NCBI RefSeq assembly: GCF_006345805.1
Contig: NW_021824727.1
Span: forward strand, 1-17,917
Length of the DNA: 17,917 nt
Origin: Octopus sinensis
Lineage: Eukaryota
Direction of reading: 5' to 3'
The translations under genes and the position numbers were made by a program. Below are positions 1 to 8,945 of the stretch, one piece after another; the stretch's first letter is position 1; each line of letters begins with the position of its first letter. The notes below the pieces were generated by a model that made no database searches, was not told the origin of the DNA, and worked only from the letters and a program-made list of their open reading frames with translations.

Positions 1-681
1 TAATATATTATATGTATGTATGTAGGCATGCATATATATATATTTATACATATTCAGGAGGGCCTAAAAGTCACTGAGGAATTGCAATTTTTTAGAATTC
101 TTTCATTTTTTAAAAACTTTTTCTGATTTTTTAGGGATTCCATGGACTACGTTCTGAAAATAAGTTATTGAAATGTTTGTTTGTGTGTGTGTGTGTGGTG
201 TGTGTGTGTGTGTGTGTATAGGCACATATTAAAATGATCTCAAAAATTATAAAAGCTATTATGATGCTGTTATAGGAAATTACCTTAATTGTAGATATAG
301 AGACGTGTTGTGTTGCCTGGAAAGTTTGGTTCTCGTCAAGACAGAGCTTTAAATTAGTTACAGAAATGAATGCGTCTCAAATTTGCTTCAGAATATATAA
401 CTCTCTCTTTGCATGCCAACTTACCTGTGTTTCTACGAATGAGGATGCGATATAACAGAAAGAGAAAGTGAAAGAGGCGGAGATGGAATGTTTGTTGTTT
501 GTTTCTTACAGTTTTCTTCTTCATGTATTGATTTTGCTTTTAACTTGTCGCGGTCGTTTAGTTATCGTGGGCGTGTCACAACTATGGCAACACGTATGAT
601 ATAATTTGATCTAGAAGTAGTGTTTTTGCGCAGTATATTTCTATATTCTGTCGACCATATATATATATACATACATATATC

Positions 682-727
<46 letters not shown>

Positions 728-859
728 CGTGTGTGTCTGTGTGTGTGTATACTTTTTACGCTTCCGCACATATATGCACATATATATATATATACATACA
801 TACAAGCATACTTAGAGACGTAAATATCCATACATGCATACATAGATCCATACATATTA

Positions 860-879
860 ATTATTATTATTATTTATTA

Positions 880-915
<36 letters not shown>

Positions 916-953
916 TTCATTATTTTCATTATTATTATTATTATTATCATTTA

Positions 954-1005
<52 letters not shown>

Positions 1006-1026
1006 TTGATTATTATTATTATTATT
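860..1026. repeat. (ATT)n microsatellite, unit 1
   Basis: Direct reading; carries TTTTCATT and ATCATTTAC interruptions. Confidence 0.95.
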
Positions 1027-1035
1027 TACTCAAAA

Positions 1036-1105
1036 CACTCTCTGGAATTGAATTCGTAATTTTGGGGATAGTATCCCGCGCTCTTAACCACTACGCTATA
1101 TGCCC
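1036..1105 (-). mobile_element. tRNA-derived SINE-like head with Pol III A/B boxes, running into (AAT)n
   Basis: Minus strand reads GGGCATA-TAGCGTAGTGG (A box, matches TRGCNNAGYGG)-TTAAGAGC-GC-GGGATACTATCCC (anticodon-arm-like hairpin)-CAAAATTACGA-ATTCAATTCC (degenerate B box)-AGAGAGTG, then (AAT)n. No intact acceptor stem or T arm, so not a functional tRNA. Confidence 0.75.
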
Positions 1106-1107
1106 AG

Positions 1108-1151
1108 CACAGCCGATGAAGGCTGGAAGTAAACCAGCCGAAACGTTGTGG
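1108..1151 (+). ncRNA. Minimal type I hammerhead-ribozyme-like motif (Penelope-like type), variant core
   Basis: CCGATGA (1113-1119; canonical CUGAUGA with U4C) + extra A + stem II GGCTGG/CCAGCC (6 bp, loop AAGTAAA) + GAAA (1140-1143) + palindromic ACGT + putative GUU cleavage triplet (1145-1147) + GTGG. Stem I is poor (G1112 opposite G1148). Confidence 0.7.
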
Positions 1152-1229
1152 TAAAAAACAAACAAGATGAGGACACATATCCGTCCAATGTAAATAATAG
1201 AAGTAACGTACACAATTATTCATCTCTTC

Positions 1230-1785
1230 ATAGAAAATTTGAAATGAAAAAAAATTTTTTTCCATAATCTTAATCTCGTATTTTTTCACATTGATTGACA
1301 AATATAATCGGAAAAAAAGTAAAAAAAACTAAATATTTAGGGTGAGGGAGGGAAGCAAAAATTTTGAAAACATGGCGTTTTGCATATTCGGAATGACCGC
1401 CATCGAAAACATATGAATCAACTGAAAAAAAAACTCAGAATGATCGTATAGGTGAAGCTGCAGCCCCCAGTATGAGTACAGGCCATAATTTGTGTAAAAG
1501 TGAAACAATAATGTATCGCTGAAAAAACCCGGAAGTCAAAAGTGAAAGAATAAAAGTGAAACAATATTGTTATCAAAAGTGAAAGAATAATACCGCTGAA
1601 AAAATTCACAAGGATCATATAGGAAGGAGAGTGTGCAGCACTCTGTATTGGCAAGGGCCAAAATTTCATTCCCCGAGAATCTTCCCCGAGTAATGAAGAA
1701 CTTTCGTACACACTAATCCTGCGATTTCACTATGCATAAAGAAAGCACGCACCCACCCACACACGGAGAATATTATTGATATAGA
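1230..1785 (-). mobile_element. Possible non-autonomous Helitron-like 5' segment (unit 1)
   Basis: Minus strand begins A|TCTATATCAATAAT (Helitron-type 5'-TC after target A) next to a (TA)n tract, followed by a GTGG/GTGC simple repeat. Internal subrepeats AAAAGTGAAA(G/C)AATA x4 and CGCTGAAAAAA x2. No matching hairpin+CTAG 3' end found; left boundary approximate. Confidence 0.35.
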
Positions 1786-1834
1786 TATATACACGCATAT
1801 ATATATATATACGTATATATATACATTCATATAT

Positions 1835-1878
<44 letters not shown>

Positions 1879-1955
1879 ACATATACTCCATAAATATAAT
1901 TATGCCTATGCAAATAATGTATCAATTTATGTGTATGTAAATATGTTATATATAC

Positions 1956-2040
1956 ATCTATCGATCTATCTATCTATCTTTCTATCTATCTATCTCTCTC
2001 TTCTCTCTCTCTCTCTATAATATATATATATATATATAAT
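1956..2040. repeat. Compound (TATC)n-(TC)n-(TA)n microsatellite
   Basis: Direct reading; longer counterpart at about 5936-6060. Confidence 0.9.
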
Positions 2041-2274
2041 ATATTTCGAGGCTGCGATGCAGTATAGGTATATGTTGTTATGTAGGCACACAGCTAAGAA
2101 ATCCTTGCATTCATAGCATACACATTTTGCAAACTATGATGTTCGTAACATAACCCTTGTTTTTACTATGACATCCATTTTGCTTATTGCCGCGCTATAT
2201 TCATCTAACACATATTCTGGAACATACATATATTGAGTTAACACTAAATCACTAGATTATTAATCTCTCATTCC

Positions 2275-2319
<45 letters not shown>

Positions 2320-2330
2320 ATATATATAGA

Positions 2331-2515
2331 AATATAGGGAGAATTCACAAACTAAAACAAAAGATAAGACAGATGGTGTAGACAACAAACAGATGTATTA
2401 GTTTAACGCTCGGGACCTGAAGAAGTGTTTAACCTTTCGAGCCTACGCTTCTTCCACAGAAAGAAACAAGGAGAGAAAATAAAAAATATTTCGTGTCTAG
2501 CGATCTACAACACAC
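2331..2515 (-). mobile_element. Short repeat module between (TA)n tracts with decayed hammerhead-like motif (2459-2430)
   Basis: Minus strand CTGTGGA-A-GA(A)GC-GTAG-GCTC-GAAA-GGTT: core/stem II/GAAA layout of a minimal hammerhead but with A6U, no ACGT palindrome and a 1-nt bulge in this copy. Confidence 0.4.
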
Positions 2516-2605
2516 ATATTATGTATATATATGTGTGCGAGTGTGTATGTGTATGTATACTATATATATATATATATATATATGATATATATTATATATA
2601 TTATG

Positions 2606-2644
<39 letters not shown>

Positions 2645-2684
2645 TGCATATGTATATATATATGTGCGATATATGTATATGTAG

Positions 2685-2716
<32 letters not shown>

Positions 2717-3347
2717 GTATGTAGGCATGCATATATATATTTATACATATTCATGAGGGTCTAAACGTCACTGAGGAATTGCAATTTGTTAGAATTCTTT
2801 CATTTTTTAAAAACTTTTTCTGATATTTTAGGGATTCCATGGACTACGTTCTGAAAATAAGTTATAGAAATGTGTGTGTGTAAGTGTGTGTGTGTATAGG
2901 CACATATTAAAATGATCTCAAAAATTATAAAAGCTATTATGATGCTATTATAGGAAATTACCTTAATTGTAGATATAAAGACGTGTTGTGTTGCCTGGAA
3001 AGTTTGGTTCTCGTCAAGACAGAGCTTTAAATCAGTTACAGAAATGAATGCGTCTCAAATTTGCTTCACAATATATAGCTCTCTCTCTCTTTGCATGCCA
3101 ACTTACCTGTGTTTCTACGAATGAGGATGCGATTATACAGAAAGAGAAAGTGAAGAGGCGGAGGTGGAATTTTGTTGTTTGTTTCTTACTGTTTTCTTCT
3201 TCATTGCTTGATTGCTTTTAACTAATAGTGGGCGTTAGTTATCATGGGCGTGTCACTTCTATGGCGACACATTGATATAATTTGATCTAGAAGTAGTGTT
3301 TTTGCGCAGTATATTTCTATATTCTGTCGACCATATATATATATACA

Positions 3348-3384
<37 letters not shown>

Positions 3385-3391
<7 letters not shown>

Positions 3392-4649
3392 ATTGTTGAT
3401 TGAAGAAATGGAGCTGACGCAGATTGAACAGAAATCGTTTTATTTCTTCTACATTTACACGTGTTTTCGAAAGGCACAAATTACCAAAATCCGATTGAAT
3501 AATGGGACCATATTGTGTCTTTCTCTTCTCTTCGGAAGAAAAAAGGAAATCCGTTTGGAAAAACAAAAACAGAACAGAGGCGGAGCAAAAACAAATCGAA
3601 CTATGCTCCTAAGAGCCCATGGCGAAACTGTTTATCATGTATGTTGAGAACCGGTGGCTGAAGAATTCAACGGGTCAGGCATCGGTCAATCATGTGCGTG
3701 AGGGTGTATAGATGTTCTTAGTGACCGAGAATAAAGTTCTGCCTTTAAGGAATATTGGATGTTTTATAAGGGGCGAGAAAAAATCTACTTAGAGACGTGT
3801 TGTGTGTATACTGTTCTATATATGTTGTGCTGGCGTAGGGGTAGAAACATTTTTTGTGTACGTGTGTGCGTTTGATCGTTCGGCTGTCAGTGGGCTACTG
3901 CCGTGATAACCGTTGGGTGGCAGAAAGAAAAAAAAAAGAAAAAAATATATATATATATTATGTTTTGTTATGTGTGTGTGTGTTCATCTAAGCCTGCTTT
4001 TCAAGGAAACCCCCGCTGTGAAAAACCCAGCCCTTGTGTCTTACAGAGTAATTCCCCTTGCAGTGGTTAATCGTAGATATCTTAAGGCTATTTCAGAATT
4101 TGTTACCAAGGACTATGGGTGCCGGTATTATTTGTAACGCTAATTAAAGCCAGATAAGTGTAACGCCGCCAATGGGGGGGCATCGAAAAGCCGACTGTAA
4201 GAGCCCGTTTACCATCCGGCCTCTGGCAACAAAAATATGGAAGAGTTCGGAGACACCAAGGTTGCAGTTTCGCCATGGGCTCTTAGGAGCATAGTTCGAT
4301 TTTTTTTTTGCTCCGCCCGCTCTGTTCTGTTTTTGTTTTTTCCAACGGATTTCCTTTTTTCTTCCTGAAGAGAAAGACACAATATGGTCCCATTTTCAAT
4401 CTGATTTTGGTAATTTGTGCCTTTCGAAACACGTGTAGAATGAAATAAACGATTTCTGTTCAATCTGCGTTCAGCTCCATTTCTTCAATTCACCAATAAT
4501 GTTTTATTTCAATTATCCGCACCAACGCACGGTTGCAACGCCAGATGTTGTACCTCCAACCGTGCTGTTTTTACTGCTGTGATTTTTGCTACTAAGGTAT
4601 CGGTTAAACTTTTGTTTAATCTACTACAAGATTATTCATCTTTCTATTT

Positions 4650-4652
<3 letters not shown>
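3385..4652. mobile_element. Non-coding insertion with ~245-bp inverted arms, inserted in a (TA)n tract
   Basis: Absent from the equivalent (TA)n site of units 1 and 3. Arm 3385-3630 is the reverse complement of 4265-4505 (inner ~35 bp identical, several small indels elsewhere). 634-bp spacer; ~147-bp unpaired extension on the right; (TA)n on both sides. Confidence 0.9.
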
Positions 4653-4723
<71 letters not shown>

Positions 4724-4860
4724 GTGCGTGTGTGTCTGTGTGTGTGTATACTTTTTACGCATTCGCACATATATGCACATATATATATATATATACATAC
4801 ATACAAGCATACTTAGAGACGTAAATATCCATACATGCATACATAGATACATAAATATTA

Positions 4861-4876
4861 ATTATTATTATTATTA

Positions 4877-4919
<43 letters not shown>

Positions 4920-5012
4920 TTCATTACTTTCATTATTATTATTTTATTAATATTATCATTTACGTTATTAATATTATTATTATTTTCATTATTATTATTA
5001 TTATTATTTATT
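4861..5012. repeat. (ATT)n microsatellite, unit 2
   Basis: Direct reading; shares the TTTTCATT and ATCATTTAC interruptions of unit 1. Confidence 0.95.
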
Positions 5013-5017
5013 CAAAA

Positions 5018-5087
5018 CACTCTCTGGAATTGAATTCGTAATTTTGGGGATAGTATCCCGCGCTCTTAACCACTACGCTATATGCCC
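5018..5087 (-). mobile_element. tRNA-derived SINE-like head, unit 2 copy
   Basis: Essentially identical to 1036-1105, including the A box TAGCGTAGTGG and the GGGATACTATCCC hairpin. Confidence 0.75.
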
Positions 5088-5089
5088 AG

Positions 5090-5133
5090 CACAGCCGATG
5101 AAGGCTGGAAGTAAACCAGCCGAAACGATGTGG
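5090..5133 (+). ncRNA. Hammerhead-like motif, unit 2 copy (probably inactive)
   Basis: CCGATGA-A-GGCTGG-AAGTAAA-CCAGCC-GAAA-CGAT-GTGG; the conserved U16.1 is replaced by A (5128), which also breaks the ACGT palindrome. Confidence 0.65.
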
Positions 5134-5214
5134 TAAAAAAGAAACAAGATGAGGACACATATCCGTCCAATGTAAATATTATAAGTAGCGTACAGAATTA
5201 TTCATCTCTTCATA

Positions 5215-5764
5215 GAAAGTTTGAAATGAAAAAAAAATATTTTTCCATAATCTTAATCTCGTATTTCTTCACATAGATTGACAAAAATAATCGAAAAAAA
5301 GTAAAAAACTAAGAATTTAGGGTGAGGGAGGTAATTAAAAATTTTGAAAACATGGCGGTTTGCATATTCGGAATGTCCGTCATCGAAAACATATGAATCC
5401 ACTGAAAAAAAACTCAGAATGATCGTATAGGAGAAGCTGCAGCCCCCATATGAGTACAGGCCATAATTTGTGTAAAAGTGAAACAATAATGTATCGCTGA
5501 AAAAACCCGGAAGTCAAAAGTGAAAGAATAAAAGTGAAACAATATTGTTATCAAAAGTGAAAGAATAATACCGCTGAAAAAAATTCCCAAGTTTCATATA
5601 GGAAGGAGAGTGTGCAACCCTCTGTATTGGCAAGAGCCAAAATTTCATTTCCCGAGAATCTTCCCCGGGTAATGAAAAACTTTCGTACACACTAATCCAG
5701 CGATTTCACAGTGCATAAAGAAAGCACGCACGCACCCACCCACAGAGAATTTTATTAATATAGA
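5215..5764 (-). mobile_element. Possible non-autonomous Helitron-like 5' segment (unit 2)
   Basis: Counterpart of 1230-1785; minus strand starts A|TCTATATTAATAAA. Left boundary approximate. Confidence 0.35.
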
Positions 5765-5788
5765 TATATACACGTATATATGTACATT

Positions 5789-5837
<49 letters not shown>

Positions 5838-5936
5838 TATATATATATGTATACATATACTCATAAATATATATATATATGCATCTATGCAAATAACGTA
5901 TCAATATATATGTATGTAAATAATGTATATATATAC

Positions 5937-5991
<55 letters not shown>

Positions 5992-6309
5992 GATCTATCT
6001 ATCTCTCTCTCTCTCTCTATCTCTCTCTATCTCTTTATATATATATATATATATATAATATTTTTCGAGGCTGCGATGCAGTTATAGGATATTATGTTTT
6101 CATGTAGGCACACAGCTAAGAAATCCTTGCATTTCATAGCATACACATTTGCAAACTATTGATGTTCGTAGCATAACCCTTGTTTTTACTATGACATCCA
6201 TTTTACTTATTGCCGCTCTATATTCATCTAACACTTTGTTCTCGAACATACATATATTGAGTTAACACTAGATCACTAGATATTAATCTCAAAATTCCTA
6301 TATATATAC

Positions 6310-6352
<43 letters not shown>

Positions 6353-6435
6353 ATAAATATATATATATATATATAATACTATATATATATATAATATATA
6401 TATATATCTATATATATATTTATATATATATATTT

Positions 6436-6615
6436 ATAGGGTGAATTCACAAAATAAAACAAAAGATAAAGACAGGTGCTGTAGACAACAAACAGATGTA
6501 TTAGTTTAACGCTCGGGAACTGAAGAAGTGTATACCCTTTCGAGCCTACGCTCTTCCACAGAACGAAACAAGGAGAGAAAATAAAAAATATTTCGTGGCT
6601 AGCGATCTACACACA
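6436..6615 (-). mobile_element. Short repeat module with decayed hammerhead-like motif (6561-6531), unit 2 copy
   Basis: Minus strand CTGTGGA-A-GAGC-GTAG-GCTC-GAAA-GGGTATA; perfect 4-bp stem II with tetraloop, deviant core. Confidence 0.45.
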
Positions 6616-6747
6616 CATATATGTATATATATGTGTGAGAGTGTGTATGTGTATGTATACATATATATATATATATATAGGTGCATATGTATATATATAT
6701 GTGCGATATATGTATATCTATATATATATATATATGCAAATGTATAT

Positions 6748-6789
<42 letters not shown>

Positions 6790-6797
6790 GTATGTAT

Positions 6798-7548
6798 GTA
6801 GGCATGCATATATATATATTTATACATATTCAAGAGGTATAAAAGCCACTGAGGAATTGTAATTTTTTAGAATTCTTTCATTTTTTAAAATCTTTTTCTG
6901 ATCTTTTTAGGGATTCCATGGACTACGTTCTGAAAATAAGTTATTGAAATGTCTGTGTGTGTGTATGTATAGGCACATATTAAAATGATCTCAAAAATTA
7001 TAAAAGCTATTATGATGCTATTATAGGAAATTACCTTAAATGTAGATATAGAGATGTGTTCTGTTGCCTGGAAAGTTTGGTTCTCGTCAAGACAGAGCTT
7101 TAAATGAGTTACAGAAATGAATGCGTCTCAAATTTGCGTCAGAATATATAGCTCTCTCTTTGCATGCCAACTTACCTGTGTTTCTACGAATGAGGATGCG
7201 ATTTAACAGAAAGAGAAAGTGAAAGAGGCGGAGGTTGGAAGTTTGTTGTTTGTTTCTTTCTGTTTTCTTCTTCATGCATTGATCTTGCTTTTAACTAATA
7301 GTGGTCGTTTAGTTATCGTTGGCGTGTGACTACCATGGCAACATGTATGATATAATTGATCTAGAAGTAGTGTTTTTGCGCAGTATATTTTCTAATATTG
7401 TGTAGACCATATATATAATATATATATATATATATATAATATATATATATTATATATATATATATATATAATATACATATATATATACATACATACATGC
7501 ATACTTAGACACGTAATTATCTATACATGCATACATAGATACTACATA
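6798..7548. repeat. Composite tandem repeat, unit 3 (partial)
   Basis: Colinear with the first ~850 bp of unit 1 but lacks the (TG)n/ACTTTTTACGC segment; ends in the long (ATT)n array. Confidence 0.93.
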
Positions 7549-7588
7549 TTTATTATTATTATTATTATTTTATTATTAATATTATTAT

Positions 7589-7665
<77 letters not shown>

Positions 7666-7670
7666 TTTTA

Positions 7671-7705
<35 letters not shown>

Positions 7706-7716
7706 TTATTGTTATT

Positions 7717-7753
<37 letters not shown>

Positions 7754-7931
7754 ATTAATATTATTATTATTATTATATTATTATTTTATTAATATTATTA
7801 TTATTATATTATTAGTATTATTGTTTTATTATTATTATTATTATTATTAATTATTATTATTATTATATTAATAATTAATATTATTATTATTATTATTATT
7901 TATTATTATTATATTAATAATATTATTATTA

Positions 7932-7969
<38 letters not shown>

Positions 7970-8073
7970 TATTATTATTATTAATTATTATTATTGTTAT
8001 TATTATATTATTATTATTATTATTATTATTAATATTAATATTATTATTATTATTATTATTATTTTATTATTAA

Positions 8074-8104
<31 letters not shown>

Positions 8105-8118
8105 GTTATTATTATTAA

Positions 8119-8149
<31 letters not shown>

Positions 8150-8153
8150 GTTA

Positions 8154-8184
<31 letters not shown>

Positions 8185-8199
8185 ATTATATTATTATTA

Positions 8200-8245
<46 letters not shown>

Positions 8246-8288
8246 GTTATTATTATTATTATTACTATTATTATTATTATTATTATTA

Positions 8289-8323
<35 letters not shown>

Positions 8324-8347
8324 TTTATCATCATTTTTATTATTATT
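7549..8347. repeat. ~800-bp imperfect (ATT)n array
   Basis: Direct reading; sporadic AAT/GTT/AGT variants. Confidence 0.97.
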
Positions 8348-8844
8348 CCATGTTTGACTTTTGCTTTACATTTGCACAAGTTGGCTCCAAGTCTCCCCCA
8401 GAGACCTCAAGAGACAACAACCTGGAAGTTCGTGTTGGTGTTGTGCTTAGTGTGCCATATATTTGGTTTTGTACTCAGTGTTGTAATAGTGAATGTTTAA
8501 AAACACTATACGAAAATTATGTTTGTTTTAAAACTTGAGATTACATAGAAAATATTTTGCATAGGATATGAACAGTTCCCATGAGCACAATCTTTTGAAT
8601 TTCTGCCATTTTGGGGTTTCCTGGTATCTGAGTTAGGTAGCAATCAGCCCCTTTTGCTATCATACCCAGGGTACCTATGACAACAGCTATTGTTTTAGTC
8701 TTCACGTTCCACATTTTGCTGATTTCTATTGCCAGATCTTTATATTTGCTCAGTTTCTGGTAGATCCTCACATATCGATTGGGACAGTCATATCAATGAG
8801 TAGGCATGTTTTTTATCTGAAGTCTTTTACTATGATGTCTGGCC

Positions 8845-8845
<1 letters not shown>
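8348..8845 (-). mobile_element. R4/Dong-clade non-LTR retrotransposon, 3' fragment (RLE endonuclease C-terminus + 3' UTR)
   Basis: Minus translation RPDIIVKDFR*KTCLLIDMTVPID...YQKLSKYKDLAIEISKMWNVKTKTIAVVIGTLG...IQKIVLMGTVHILCKIFSM* (stop 8541-8543): PD..D..K restriction-like endonuclease motifs and the C-terminus typical of R4/Dong. ~190-bp 3' UTR runs straight into (AAT)n. Confidence 0.9.
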
Positions 8846-8893
<48 letters not shown>

Positions 8894-8945
8894 CGTTATT
8901 ATCATTATTGTTGTTGTTGTTGTTGTTTTTATTATTATTATTATT
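8846..8945. repeat. (ATT)n/(GTT)n spacer between two Dong/R4 elements
   Basis: Direct reading; forms the (AAT)n/(AAC)n tail of the 3.5-kb element on the minus strand. Confidence 0.93.

Larger units (their letters stand above)
22..2720. repeat. Composite tandem repeat, unit 1 (~2.7 kb)
   Basis: Landmark GTAGGCATGC...GAGGAATTG...GGGATTCCATGGACTACGTTCTGAAAATAAG recurs at 22, 2721 and 6798, and all internal modules recur in the same order. Copies differ by substitutions, indels and microsatellite lengths (roughly 90% similar by eye). Confidence 0.95.
2721..6797. repeat. Composite tandem repeat, unit 2 (4077 bp including a 1268-bp insertion)
   Basis: Colinear with unit 1 once 3385-4652 is removed. 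Confidence 0.95.

Noticed and set aside
609-640. CTAG at ~610 and ~2253 as the 3' end for the Helitron-like module in the tandem unit
   Set aside because: No GC-rich hairpin ~11 nt upstream; the first is also not followed by T.
1036-1105. Functional tRNA gene
   Set aside because: B box degenerate, no acceptor stem or T-arm pairing, and the sequence runs into (AAT)n; treated as SINE-like.
2417-2440. Plus-strand CTGAAGA as a hammerhead core (also at 3658 and 4365)
   Set aside because: No stem II followed by GAAA at a suitable distance; at 4365 GAAA follows with no stem.
3393-4463. ORFs in the inverted arms (3393-3647, 3222-3566, 4144-4380, 4209-4463) as a transposase remnant
   Set aside because: No recognisable motif, and frames are not conserved between the two arms.
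562-8379. Many ORFs rich in YI/IY, CV or poly-I
   Set aside because: Translations of (TA)n, (TG)n and (ATT)n microsatellites, which lack stops in some frames.
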